DNA of 64,000 nt from Phoronis australis (GCA_002633005.1 NMRA01000107.1:38190-102189); one strand, 5' to 3'. Positions 40,001 to 55,000 are shown, numbered from the stretch's first letter. A program made the numbers and translations. Notes: a model not told the origin generated them from the sequence alone.

Positions 40001-43000
40001 TGATACTATTACCAACAATCTTACTCGCGCTTGCACAGCAATGATTGAAAATGATAGTTGCCTGGTTAATCTGTATCTTGGCTTATCATATTTTGTTTAC
40101 CCATAAGGCATGCACTAATTACCTTTTGATTGACCTGGATTTTGGCCTATCATATTCAGTCTGTTTACCTGTAAGTGCCCTGTCTAATTAATCTGTACCT
40201 TGGCATATCACATTCTGTCTACCTGTAAATGCACTGTTATTACCTTCTGCTTAATCATTCTGTATCTTGGCCTACTCTCATTTTGCACCTACTTTCAGAG
40301 AAGCGCACTTACAATGGTCTACCTGACTTTATGACAAAGGTGGCCAAGGAAGAACTGAATCACCTTGGCGATGAGATCAAAGAATGTAATATCTGTTATG
40401 TGCCTCAGGTGAGGAAGCATTGGAGGTAACACTGTTGACACAAGGTCACAGAGGGTGGAGGGGGTTATCTCACTACGGGTATGATTGTATCTAGGATTGT
40501 AAGTTGGGTAGTGATAGCGGTAGATTTTACAACGGTTCTTATTGAGTGGGGAATTTTGTGTTAAAAATCAGGTTTTGAATATAGATCCCGTTCTGGAACT
40601 GAGGTATGCATTCTAAAAGATGCTACTTAACCCAGATACGTGCTCTCAAAGGAGAAAGTTAACTGTTAGACACTGAATTACTAATGCTGAAAATATAATT
40701 GTAGTGTGGAATAATTTTTTTTTTGATATTCCAGCCATTGCAGAATGGCATGGTTCCTTCTGTTGGGTAAATGAAATAACCTGATACCCGAAGTTGCCCC
40801 CCCCCATCTTGAGCTTATTGGACATTACCATGGTTGAATGTTATTCTTGTGCTGCTGAGTTGAATTACTGAGAAATTTGGTATACCTGGCTTTGTCAAAT
40901 ATTAAATGAGATTTTTCTGGGAACATGCTACACGCAAACTATCAAGAAAACATGTATATGTTTTGTTTCCAGCTTGGCTACCTGCTGTCTGTTCAGAAAC
41001 TTGACAGAATGAAAGCCAGCGAAGATTATCATATGGATGGGTTAGACTTTGTGGTATGTACTCAACGTGACCTGGTGTATTTAACTTCCTTTTGGCCGAA
41101 GGGTTTATACATGCCAGTGTTCGTTTGTTAATTGATTAATTACAATTATGCAATACATAATGTGTTACCTGTATTTTTTGCTCGATATGACATTGTCAAA
41201 ACTGCATGTTATTTTTCTTTTGTTTTGCTCTCTGAAAAAAAGCTGTTCACTCTTCGGTCTTGCAAATTTCCTCACTGTAATGGAATTTATTCTGTACTTT
41301 GATAAATATGGAGCATTTGTTTGTTAAAAATTGAGTCATTTCAGATGCAGAATATTCTTCAATTCTTGGTGTCATAGCAAGGAGTCCAGTTGTACAGAAT
41401 TCATACACACGTTTCTTGATTTCTTTTTAAACATTATTTTGGTGTGTAGTAAAGTTTTTAAACTTTACTACACACCAAAATAATGTTAAAACAACTTGTT
41501 TTTGATCAGTTTGCTGTGTAGTGAGTATTATTATCTATTTTGAACTGGTGTATTTTAATTCCATTGATTGCAGTGACATAATTACCAGGGTTGTAAAGTT
41601 CCCTCATTAGGCGCAACCAAAATGCTCCGGGCATAACAAAATGGCACACCAGTAGTCCCCCGTTGATGGAGTTGCAGATCCGCAGTCTGGAATCAAGAGA
41701 ATTCCTCTGACTGAGTAATTTTGGAATGTGTAGTTCGCATTAAATATCAGTACGATGAACATTAAATTGTTGACACGTGCTCAAACTAGTGTACCAATGT
41801 GTTAAGTTGTGTGTTTCAGTTTGATTCCAATAACATGGTGTACTACAAGAATAAGAGCACCAGACGTGAGTATTGGCAAACAGTCACACAACTGAGCAAG
41901 TTTAACAAAACTCATAAACTCATTGATGTGATCAATTACTTGTAATCTGTATTGACAGTAAGAGTTTAGCGTTAAGCTGAGAATTAAGAATGATAACCCG
42001 TTGCACAACATACTAGTGACTCAGGCCAAGTCCAATAATAGTTGTGTCATAAACAGATTGTTTTTCATAGACTAGATTTAATCAGTAATTGAGTACTGTG
42101 TGTAGTCGTAGTACTGAAAACTGTGTGCAATATACATTACAATCGCAGCATGGTGCTGGTGGTAACATGGAACTCGAAACTTATGTATTTAACAATGTGA
42201 CTAATGACAGTATCTTTACAGATTTGGATCAGTTGCTTGGAGACACTCACTGTGACATTGCAGGTATGGGTCTCATGTCTATTGCCTGGGAAACAAATTC
42301 TCTTTAAAATAATTGTGTAAAAAGTGTGCAGAGCTTTTAACATAGATGAACAAGGTACAAACATATTGCTTCAGGGCATACAGAGAGCACCCTCGAAATG
42401 AATATCTGTCAATGTCTCCACTCAGGTTGGTGGATTATATCTCCTAAGACTACTTTGAAGTGACTAACCCTGGAATACTGCTGACCTTTTATGCACCGAC
42501 ATGAATTATTTATTATGCTGTCGTCCCTGGCCATTTGTCCGGCGTCTGCTATTGTATCTCCAAATAAAAACCCTGGAAAGGAGGTCTGTGAAATTTTGAA
42601 GGCATGTTCCTATCATAGATGGAACAGCATTAGCGAATTTTCAGTTAGATCGGATTACTGGTCTGTACCCTATTAGCAATTTTTTCAGATGACCGTTGTT
42701 ACTGTTTTGGAGTCTGTTTTTTGTCATCTGCCTTTCTAATGGCCAAACCGTATTAAGGATGATTATGAAAATTGGTCATGTGTTCATTTTGGGAAGCTGG
42801 CGACTGGCAATGATGTTCGGATTGCAGTTTTCTTTTTTTGCATCCACGGCTGTATATAATGCACTTCTTGCGGGAACTTTGTTAAATTTGGCAAGTGTAT
42901 TTCTATCAAATAGACAATGCTATCCATAAAACTGTGGGTTGAGCCAATGTGGTGTTTAGGTTTGGTATTTTGGCATCCTCCTCTCTTCCTGCCAAACTGT

Positions 43001-46000
43001 TTGAAGAAATCGTGATGAAAGTTTGAGGTCCGTATTCCTATTGTCAAGAGCATACCTGACAATTTTTATATGAATCTTAATACTGCTATGCGCCTTGTGA
43101 CAGTCTTATTTTTTGTGCCTGTCTCAATATCTACGAAGCTTGTTGAAAGATCGTTACATGAAATTTGGAGGTTTTGTTCCAATTGATGACAGCATGGCTG
43201 ACAATTTTCAGACCTATCAAACCTACCGCATTACCCGCTAGTGGCACATTTATTTTTTGGTTCGATATCTACCAAGGATTTATATGTTATTGACTAAGTT
43301 TGTTCTTGTTACCTAGAACATTGCTTATGTTGACCTTTGCAGGACTATCAGTGCTTCAAATTTTCATTATTTCTCCTACTTTTTGGAGACATTCCTGTCG
43401 TTCCTATCTTGTCCTACTTTTTCTCTCAAATTCCTGCTTTTCCAACTTGTTTGACAACATTTGTCAATGAGTAAGTTCCTCAAATCTAATGAAATGACGT
43501 ATAGTTCACAGAACTAAAATAAAATGCAAAATAAAATCCAAATCTGTGAATCCAGCCAAATACCTGCAAAATCATAGAACGTAACTCCATTGAAAGCAGA
43601 AAACATTTAGAATTTGATTTTTGATTTTATACCAATCTACCACTAATTAGGTTATCTTACAAATTTTTAATAAAATTAAGGAAAAAGAGAATTCAGAGGT
43701 GTATGCTTTTTGGCATAATTTTTCATTTAACTTGCTTAGTTGATGCCTTGAATGACTGGTTTGGGGATGGAATCCATATTCTATTATCACCAGTGAACTT
43801 TTTGAAACATATTTTGTAAGTTGTATAAACTGGTTTATAATTTGCATCAGATATTTTTAGGTTATGAGTATAATGAACTATCCCATTAAAAGAAATCGTG
43901 GTGTGTAATTTAGAAAATAAGGCCACAATTTTTAGTACTCATTATAGACGAACAGTGAAATCTTACATTTTTTGGATGACCATTGATACCTATGTCCTCT
44001 GGCTAAAGTGCAGTGTGGTAACCTCCGTTGTGAGGTGCAGATGTTGATTTGATAGCTATAGAATATAACTATTCATTGGTGCCACCTATAGGTCAGACAT
44101 CACTTTTTGTAATTTGACCAATTGCAGGCTGTAGAAACCATAAACCACTGACTAAGCGAACAGACAAGTACGGTTATGTCAAAGAAGTTAAAAACACACC
44201 AATACAATAAGAGATGAAGAAAACGGAGAAAGCATCAGTGGTCGTATAAATGAAAACAAAATGTAGACTGATCCCTCGGCCATATCAGAGCAATGTTGTC
44301 TTCAATCTCAGGCAACATTGAGTGCTCGTATGACCTAATACCACCTTGCATAGTGGTCATTATGTAACCAATACGTTTTAGCAAGGTACTGAGCTTTTGA
44401 AAAATGAAAAAATGGCACTTTCATCAATTGTCTCAGTTCAGATTTCAAGACATTTTTGTTACCATGAATCAGCATTTGTTTTAAATTTTCTTAAAGTGAA
44501 ATGTTCTAAACACATTGAGTGATATGATAAAGCTTATATTGAGTGCCTTGTATTCCTCAGACAATGAGCTGTTGATCATGCATGGTCTACAGAACACAAT
44601 CCTGGAGCATTCTCAAGTGTTGCTGGATGTTATGGAGTATGCGGCTCAGCTGGACTGGTAACTAACACTCTTGGTCTTACTATTAGTGTGCTAACATCTC
44701 ACGGATTTCAAACAATAAATATATGATAGAATCGTCTTTTTGTGATGTGGATGTCCACAAGAATCGTGTGATGGTAGTGGCTTTGCTGTGCTGTTGTATC
44801 TTATGCTACTTGTATTTGAATGTGTAAACAAGGAGAATTTGTCTGTTTACTGTGCCCTGCTGTTGTTTCCTAAGTCCATAAAATTTATTAAAGTCAAGTA
44901 CTTCTTCAGTCCTTTCCTATGTTGAATGCGATTTAGATTTTGGTTATTTTGTATTAAAGGGAACAAATAGTTTTAACTCTAACCATGGGATGTGGATTGA
45001 TAAAACATAGCAAGGATCAGGTTAGTGGGATCAGCAGTACATTTAGCATATCCAGAAGATATATCTGGTTAGTTGCCAGAAGTACAACATTACTGGTTGT
45101 CATGGATACCTTTTGGTATCTTGTATGATAATTTCAAGTAGCACAGTCTTTTCAATTTCCCTGCATTGAATGTGTTGAAAAGTTGTCCGAGTAATTGTTA
45201 AGTCTTTTGTCTGCACTCTATGCTCATTCTGTCTTGTTGTTTTAGCCTGATATCACTAGCTATATGTGCTAAGGAGTTCAACTATGTGCGACCTCAACTG
45301 ACGGAGGAGAGTGTTCTGCACATTACAGGTGGAAGGTGAATAACATCTCATGGTATTACTAGTCGTCTGCTTCTAAAACTTAACTTCGCTTCCCTTCAAC
45401 GGGATCGTGATGTTTTTGAAAGTCTTATTGGCTCTTTTAGTTTCATTCTTTCATTCATCTGTCATTGCAAACAGTGTCTTTATTGATATTGAAGTATCAA
45501 TTTTGTTAATTAGATCACATGGAGTCTCAAATGTAACTTGGCGTACAAATGAAATTTAAAAGTTGTTATAGTTGTATCCACAATGACCTTGATTGCAGAC
45601 TCTGGTGTTAAATTCAACTTGAAGTCTGTGTTCACATTTTAACCAGCAACTTATTACAAGTGACAGATCTGATCCCTCATTGCAGACATGCCCTTCAGGA
45701 GCTGTGTATCTCACCTTTCGTGCCTAACCACACCCACAGTGGCGGAGATACCAGCAAGATAAAAGTACTCACCGGACCCAATGCCTCAGGCAAGAGTGTC
45801 TACCTGAAACAGGTGTGAGCATGCAAGTCACTATAGCAGTGGCTTTATTATTCTTTGGCGTGTGTAAATACTCACACTTTAAGTATATTTCAGAAATACA
45901 ACGACAGTTGCTATGTGGGGCTTTTCAAATTCTTGTAACTATACTTAGTTTCTTTCTCTCTATCTGTTAGGTTGCTCTGATTGTTTGTCTGGCTCAGATT

Positions 46001-49000
46001 GGAAGTTTTGTACCAGCTGAGTGTGCTGTCGTTGGGCTCGTGGACCGCATCTTTACACGTGTGCGCACTATGGAGAGTGTGTCGGTGGGGCTGTCAACAT
46101 TTATGATTGATCTGAATCAGGTATATTGAAGTTGGCCACTCACATTAATGTTGAAATAGGTCTTTGGTGTTGATGTCTCTTTGACTTTAGCAGATTAGCT
46201 GAATTCTTATGTCCTTCAATACCTGTTTTCTGATTTAGAGGTGATGGGGTAATTAATGGACAGAGTTCTACGAGTGTCATTTGTCTGGATTTAATTCAGT
46301 GGGATATTTCCCATCGTTTTTTTACAAAATCTTAGCGATCATCATGCCATTACATTGCCACTGTTGTGCGGTGCGATATACAAACATTGCAATACATATT
46401 TATAATACGTGTAATAAGTAATGTCAAATTGGCGTTTATGCTGCTAGTGAAACTCCACAAATTTTCCATACAATGGATTTCTTAACTACAGACCAAGGCT
46501 GAGTTCCATTGACAAAAGAATCTCGCGAAGGAAGCTAGTGTGATCATGTGCTTCCATTGTTACACATGGCGAAACTTAACAGTCTTGTGTTATATTGTGT
46601 TCTCGGGAGATTCTCGTGTCTACGGAACACGCGCCAGGCTTGCTGCAATATCAAGTTTATTCACAATGAACTAACACGACTTCAACTCTTAAAGTGGCAG
46701 TAAACCCAAGTTCAGTCATAGAATTTAATATTGATTTAGACCACTTATCGGGGCTATAAAGTTGCTTTCAACTTGTTCTTTACTCGCGTGAGGAGAGATT
46801 TTTGGTCTACCAAGAACTGACAGTTTGTCATTCCTCCTAACCATGTTCAGTGAATGACAAGTCAACTGGTAGAGCATAGTCAATAATGGACTATGAAAAA
46901 AGGGATATAAACTTTATGATTGTAAGTGTTTTTGATAAAAAACAGTTTTTTGTGATGAAAGGTGAATTTGTAGGCTCTTTAAAATGTAATACATCAGACA
47001 AGTAATTATCAATCTTAATTAAGTCACGTAACACTTAGACTAGTCATGTGATAGAAATTCATCATACTCGAGAAATGTATTGAACAGTGAATGTGCATAG
47101 CTCAAACGTTATTTTTGTGACAGAAACCTTGAAACTTGCTAGGTGGTGTGTGACGACACATTCTGTGAAACATAATTTCATGTTCTATCTTCAAACATTG
47201 TAACAATACTTAAAACCACAGCTAGTGTCTTTCAGGAATTTTTACGGACCAGTCGGCAGCTCAGTCATGATTGGCAAAAAGTTTCCTTCACTAGCTTTCC
47301 ATTTTGAATCCATAGAAGACATTTTGACACCTAGCCTTGCCTGGACCAGGAGGTGCAACCTACGGCTATGTGGTATTTGTCTGAAACACACTTTGGAAGA
47401 ATTAGTTGAGCTGACACTCTCTGGGCTTGTAGCTCCTTTCACACTGAATTTCATGCCTGAGAACATTGACGCCATGGTGAAGGTTGTCATCATATAAACA
47501 AACAGGACTGTTTCACCTGCAGACATGATGTCATATTTATTGGATACTCAGCTCGTAAAAAATTTTGCCTGATCTCTGAGCTGACTAGTAGACTTCATTA
47601 AATGAGATCGACAGTTTCTTGCTCAGGCCATAAACACTAGATGTGGAATCACATTTATGGAAGGCACTTAGGGACAGGCTGTTGTTGGTGTTTAATTGGT
47701 ACGGTGACCAACCAAGCAGCAAAGACTGTGGATTCTTGGCTGTTGTACCAGTCTGCTGTTTACAGTTTGGCTACAAAACTATCACTCTCAAAGATCAAAT
47801 GTGACAGTCATTTTCAAGATCAAGCATATTACGTTTTTTTGAACCAAGGAACCATAAAAATGTGACATTGACTGTATGGATCAACCCCAGTTTGTTTATA
47901 CAATGACATCCCTCAATTCTCAGATATTACAAATACTGTCAGTGTTAAAGCTGCTACAGTTCAGCCTCATTGTATTTGCTCCTATGTCAACTTCAGTCAA
48001 ATACCGTAGCCTTATATTGAACCATCGCTCTAGACCTAGGAATGGTTAGGTGTTGAAATGCTGTGGACTGAGGCTGCAAAGTTATTACTGGCAACTTTGG
48101 GCTAATCATGACCAACCTGCAACCTGTTCCTCACAAATTCCTGGAAGTTCTCTGTTGTGGGTGCAAGTCTAGCTGCAGCACCATATGCTGCTCCTACAGG
48201 TAGTGTGACTATAGTGTGACTCGTTATACTGCTTGCTCTGAGTGAAGTAGTGTATTTGTTAGTACTGCAAATTACATTGATTATGAACTTGGTGAGGATA
48301 CTTAATCATGTTGGGGTGAATATACCACTTATTGTTGCAGTGCTTAAACAATCATGATTTATAAAATAAAGATTCATCGTATATGTCACATTTTTGTCAC
48401 AGTACTTAATACCAAGTTCCATGGTGTCTGTATGCCTTAACTGTTCAATAAACTTTATTGAGTAGGATGAATATCCAATACATGACTGTTGTTAATGTGT
48501 TTCAATACAAATATTGAGCTAATCAAGCTTGATAACTAATTCATAAAATCAGATAAAAAGTTGCTTGATGAAACCTGACATGACTTCATGCAGGTTAACA
48601 ATTACCTGAAATCAATTTTCAAAAATAAAAAGAGATTAGTAACTTGTAAATCTACTTTTTGTCACAAAAACTATCTTTTGATTTGACCCTTGCTCTTATG
48701 AAATTGGCCCCAAATTGTTCCTCAGTGATATATGTTTCTTTCGACCAAAGCTGGGATAGCGTTGGTCTTTGGATGGGTCCAAACGCTGCTATGCATCCTA
48801 GTGGTAGTTTAAATTATTTTCTTCTTGAGCTTTTAATCAGTATCTATTAAGTTCGGTAGCTGATCTGACATGAAATTTAAATGTTTTACTTTGGAAGAGA
48901 GTACGACAGTGATTTTTGGACAAATCCGATTGCTGGCCCAAAAAATTGGGGGTTATACCGGGTATAACCCCCAATTTTTTGTATCGGCCTCAATGTCTAC

Positions 49001-52000
49001 CAAATTCATTAAAGATAATCATGGAATTTAGAAGGTATCACTCTGCTAACAGTACGGAATATCTTGACGTTCAGGCACTTCAAATACATTCCTCTCCTGT
49101 TACTGAGTTGTTTTACTGTTACACACTAGGTGTCCTCTGCCCTCCATGATGCTACCGGCAGATCCCTGGTCATACTGGATGAGTTTGGTAAAGGTACTGA
49201 GTCATGTGACGGCCTGTCACTACTGGTGTCTACACTTAAGTACTGGCTTGACAATGCTTCTTGCTGTCCCCATCTCTTTGTCTCCACCCACTTCCTTGCC
49301 ATTGTCCAGGAATGCCTGTTACCAAAGTCGCCACAAGTTTCTTACCAGGTGGGTGTGGCACTCATCTATATGCCATTAGTTTTTGAGGAAATTTGCAATA
49401 CTCTGCATTCACTAATTGTTGACGAAGTTCACTCAGTTTACAAAAGAAGCATCTCTGTTGTTTCATAGAACAGCCCAGTCCCAAATTATAGAAATCTGTG
49501 GTTAAATGATATCACTTACAAATCTACAACAGTTGCCCACTTATAAAGTTGTCGTTTTAGTGCACCTCCTGACCCTTTATGTTATATTGCATTCAAATTA
49601 TTTCTCATCAGTGCACTCCTACAGCCAAATCCCATGCACGTTTTTCATTAATTAAAATGATACTCTCAGGTCAGGAATGTTGTTTAAAACTCTGAAATGT
49701 TGCTAAATATTAGGGACAGACTACTCAAATAAACCCATTTCATGATGTAGACAGTGGCTGTCAATGTTCATGTTATCTCTGAATGGTTTACTGATGTCAC
49801 GCATGTTAGGAAGAATAAAGGAGCATCAGCATTAGGATACATTCTCCTTTCACAAGTTGCATTTATGTGTTTGCTTAATTATTCTTTTTTCTTTTTGCAG
49901 ACCATGGACGTTGTTGAACACGAGGGGGAGTTAGTGTTTCTCTATCAGTTGATAGATGGACATGTGAACACAAGCTATGCTTGCCATGTTGCTAAGCAGG
50001 CTGGCATTCCACAAGAAATTGTTGAACGAGGCCAAGAGGTGTCACTACTGTTACAAGCAGGAAAACCCATTTACAGAGTAGATTCAGCTGGAACAGAGAT
50101 TCAGATGAAAAGGTTTGTATTTTGGGAAAGATTGCATGAGACAAGTAATCAGTTGGCCTTAGGAACATTTACAAAATGTTACCTTTCGCTATGACGGCTG
50201 TGTTCTGTAGACACAAGACACTTACAAAAACGCAATAGGAGTCTCCATGAGATACTGGCATGCATTATAAGCAGAGCACGTGATCATACTAGCTTTAATT
50301 GCAAATTATTCATCTACGGAATGTAATTTTTGTAGCCACTTCCAGTGTTTTGACGGCTGCTCTGTCCACTCTTGCAAGGCGTATTTCACACCTCTCCTAA
50401 ACCAGTCCTTGTGACAATCCAAGACGACTACCTCACTCCTATTAAAATCATGTCCCCTGCTACGCAGGTAACAAAAATCTTATGGCAGAATCGTATGAAT
50501 CCCCTAACTAGGGCAGGGCTTGGAATTTTCCGCGGAAACGCGGATTTCCACTTTTTTCAAATGTGCTTTCCGCTTTTTTTATAATATTTCCGCATAAAAA
50601 AACGGATTTGATATAAAATTTCCGCGACAAATTCCTTTCTTACCGCGGCGTTGCAGACGACGTTCACCTCGAAAAGTGGAAGTTGCTCTTTATGTTTCGG
50701 AGGAACGTAAATTGTCAACATTGCCGGGGATTCTGGGACAGTGTGGTGGGAGATTTTCAATGGCGTCTCGTGTTATTGTTAAGCGCGGCGAGAAATACTA
50801 CCGCTCTGCAGCCAAAAATGTGTGGGTTGGGAGAGGACGGGCGAGCTGAAAGGACGCAGATGCATGCTACTGATGGTGGTAACGTTTTTTTAGTCCTCAC
50901 GATTTTTGTCGGGGAAAGATTCACACTGACCATTTCAAGGCTGGTTATCGGGCAAGATTTGGGCCGTAAAAGTTTCAAAGTTTTTTCGCGTTTTTTGTCA
51001 CTGGTCATTCCAAGCCCTGCTAGGGTGATGATGATAAGACATATGCATTTTAGAGACTTGGCTCGGTCTCACTGACATAAGTTACCATGAAAAGGAGGTT
51101 ATTGCACACCTGGATAAGCTGCACATAGGATTTGTTTTCCTTAGGAACTTTATCCTTGATGTTGACCAGTTGGTTGATTTGTGAATGCTAACAATACCAA
51201 ACTTTTTAAAAGTCCTTGAGGAGATCAGAAAGTCCCTGAATGTAACGAACGACAACCCCTGTGGGAGAAATAGCATTTGTAATAGAATAGTAGAATAACT
51301 CGACTTAGTAGCAGCGTTGTGTTGTGTTGTGGACTGTCTCGGTCTGTCAGTGAGATGGTTGTATTCAGTAACTAAGTGTGGTACACTCTATTACACTAGT
51401 AAAGCAACTGACAGCAGCAAGATGAGGACTGTCTTTATTAGACAAGTGAACGGATTTATATACAAGTTACAAAAATGTGGGTTGCATGCACTAAACTTTA
51501 TGAGTCAATATTCTGCAGGAAAATAACAGGAAGCAACTATAAGAACTTTCACAACAATCATCTGAACTATTCTGTTGTGTTTGCCATATATGGTAATGGT
51601 CAGCTGTCTCAATGCTATGATTCCGTGACCTTTATGCAATCTTGATTACTACAGAGATCATCAAAACGTGGTGTGGATGCACCGGATGGGTCGGTCACTG
51701 ACTCAGCTGACAGCCAAAACAAGTTTCTATAAACACAAACAATTGGCTAGCAAAGAAATAATATCAATAATACTATCAGACTAACAGTAATATATATATA
51801 TATATATATATCACGAATGTCACGGATTTCATGACAGCGTTATTACCAGACTGGGTGTTGATTCTTCTAGTAGGAAATGCCAGGTTTTTGACATTTCATG
51901 ACCATAAGCTGGATATTCTACTATCCAATATGATATTAGGTGAACTCGGCTTCAGTATAGAAACCAATTGCCATAAAATACTGTGATTAATAGCTGACTA

Positions 52001-55000
52001 AGAACCCATTCACATCTATTTACTACATAGCTGAGACAAGAATTGTTCAAACAGTGACAGTCCTTAAAGGACAATAGGCCTGACCTAAACATCTTCCAAG
52101 TAATTGGACTGTCTATCAAAACAATTTCTTATTCAAGGTAATGCAATGAGTGGATAATGGGAAATACAAATAGTCACATTACGTCAAACCTCATTTAGTG
52201 ACCTTCATTCTAACTGGTATATCAAAAAACATGCTATGGCAACTAGTAAAAGTATAATCTGAAAGAAAAAAAGAGCAGAGAATATAAAAATATGTTTTAT
52301 ATTTATGTAGCATTAATTAATATTATATTGCATTAACACCCTAAAGTCAAAATTTCATTTTTAAGAAAGGTGCATCAATAGTAAAATAACGCCTAGGTCT
52401 ATTTTAATGAAACCCCTTTTTAAATGAAAACTTCACAACTTACCGTCATTTTGTTTTGTTTCTAAAACAAATGAACTCACAGAACATGAGGTATTTTTGT
52501 AAATATAGCGAGTCATGTTTTTCTATCTTACGGTCTGCAAAAACTAGGTGTTTAAAAGGAAAATCCTAACAGCGTTTTTGAGATTGATTAATATAATGTA
52601 TATTAAAGTTGACTGATATGAAACTAAGAACAAAATGGACAACAAATGTTGAGTTAAAGCACGTTGTGAGCACGAGATCGAAACAGCGAAACATCAAATT
52701 ACTGATGAAATTATTGAAGTTCGGTGAAGATTTATCTCCTCAAAACTTGCTGTGTTCATGAACACAAAGTCACGGAGGCAGTGTGGTGACTCAAACCTGG
52801 CCCAGGTTCATTCGTTCTCTACGGTGGTGTGCATGCAGAGGCACAACTCTCTCAGGATCAACATTATGTTTTATCTTCGTTTTCCCCAGCTCCTTTCTAT
52901 CATATGTACCCGTCGTTGACTCAATATTATGGTGACTCCCTGAATGAAAGGACTGAGGAGACATGTGGAATTGCTCTATTCCTGGCAGGAGATTCGATTT
53001 GAGTGACAGCTGTGTAACCTTTGACCTCCCATAAGCAGTAAACAAATTTCCATGCAGTTGTNACTCAAGTTCCTAATTTCGAATTAAGTCAATTTGCCAA
53101 AGCTAAGAAAAAGTGGAAAACGTGAGTGTTCAGAATCTGACTGTTGTCGATTAATTATTCAACATTCACTCGCAATGTCAACTGAATTTGCAGTGTGTCA
53201 TTTAACTTAATTATCTCTTAATCGTTTTATTTTTGTGAATTTGCCCCAAGTCAAGCTAAGATTGCGACACACACCACATGCTGGGGTGACTGATATGAAA
53301 CCAAGAACAAAATGGACAACAAATGTTGAGTTAAAGCACGTTGTGAGCACGAGATCGAAACAGCGAAACATCAAATTACTGATGAAATTATTGAAGTTTG
53401 GTGAAGATTTATCTCCTCAAAACTTGCTGTGTTCATGAACACAAAGTCACGGAGGCAGTGTGGTGACTCAAACCTGGCCCAGGTTCATTCGTTCTCTACG
53501 GTGGTGTGCATGCAGAGGCACAACTCTCTCAGGATCAACATTATGTTTTATCTTCGTTTTCCCCAGCTCCTTTCTATCATATGTACCCATCGTTGACTCA
53601 ATATTATGGTGACTCCCTGAATGAAAGGACTGAGGAGACATGTGGAATTGCTCTATTCCTGGCAGGAGATTCGATTTGAGTGACCGCTGTGTAACCTTTG
53701 ACCTCCCACAAGCAGTAAACAAATTTCCATGCAGTTGTGCCCTTACAATGTGGTTCTGCTAAATCTTTTTTTCTTGCTACACTGTATATATTTCGTATTT
53801 GAAGTTCCCCCAGAATGAAGATAAGGTATTTTGCTAGTCATATGTGAAATATTGTAAGAACAGCAAATTTTTGTGAATTAGGTTTGAGATATCCTTAAAG
53901 GATAACCTGAATAATTCAGTAGTTGAGTATTCAGGCCAGTGGCTCAACACTTCAGTACACGCAAGCTCAACTGCAGTGTAGTATACCTAATTCATCTTCA
54001 ATATAAAGCATGCTAACTAAAAACAATATAACTCAACTGCCTCTTTATGCCAAATGCACTCATAATATTGACTGAAAATAGCCAATACAAGGATAAACAC
54101 TACGAACACTGAAAATAGAGTGTATGTAGAATTGGCGGAAAAGCAAAAAAATATATCAATGGTTGCAGTATACCGTATACTAGTGGTTCCTAGTGTAAAG
54201 GACAAACACTTGGTGTTTTTGACAAGGTGTAAATGCCTGGGCAGCGTCTGAAAGGATTGTGAAACACTAACATTTAACCTTTATCCCTGGATACCCATAG
54301 ATGCTGTCTTGGTGAAGTCACCACAACTGCTCAGGTATGCACACCTACTTCAGCAACAACGCCATGTGAAGTTAGAGTGAAACAGTGCACACAGTCTGGA
54401 AACTGAGGAGATTGCGCTGATTTACACGGGATGGCACAAAACTTTGGAATACTTTGTAAACATGATTATCAAGGACCAGGGGTCTGACTTACACATAAAA
54501 GGGTAGTTTGTCAATAGACACCTAAACTATTTGTTCCAGAGGCAAGTTGCTTCTGGCCTGTAACCCCACTCATTTTCATTGAGGCCTACTCTCACATACC
54601 AAAATAATTGATAAAAAGGATCTGACCACCTCAGTTTCATCCAAGTAGTTCAACTATCATTCACGGCTGCCGACAACCCTCCCCCACTGGTTAAGTTTGA
54701 GTAAAAAACACAAAAAGCTGTCTCAGGGCAACAAAAAAAATATATCCACCACCGACTTAGTTTTCAAAAAAGCAGACCAATTATGCTTGTTTGTCGTCAT
54801 TGTGCTAAAAGGTTACTGAAAGGACAAGTTATTTACCTTCCGTTGACTTCTGTTCAGATGAAACTGGTTTTTGACCGGATTTAAGTTAATGGCTGGATTT
54901 TCTGAACAATATTTTGACATAAACTTCCTTCTTTATTGTTGACTATAGCTAAAACTCGAGCTTGTACAGCCTTGTTACATTGATAATGGAGGTTACTGTT

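Noticed and set aside
45686-45697. GRHAL in place of the usual GRHPL as a sign of MSH5 pseudogenisation
   Set aside because: The whole 835-aa frame, the Walker motifs and all splice sites are intact; one substitution is not evidence of loss.
50113-50194. Read-through of MSH5 exon 23 to the stop at 50194 as the true C-terminus
   Set aside because: The peptide is unlike MSH5, and the conserved C-terminal exon is at 60351-60474. An intron-retention isoform cannot be excluded but has no support.
51083-51298. Coding-like stretch [14 protein letters not shown]...[11 protein letters not shown] in the last intron
   Set aside because: Contains an in-frame stop, has no recognisable family and does not resemble the MSH5 terminus.
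52791-53722. Two nearly identical 84-aa minus-strand ORFs as a duplicated nested gene
   Set aside because: They arise from the 450-bp duplication, which is probably an assembly artefact; no domain is recognisable.
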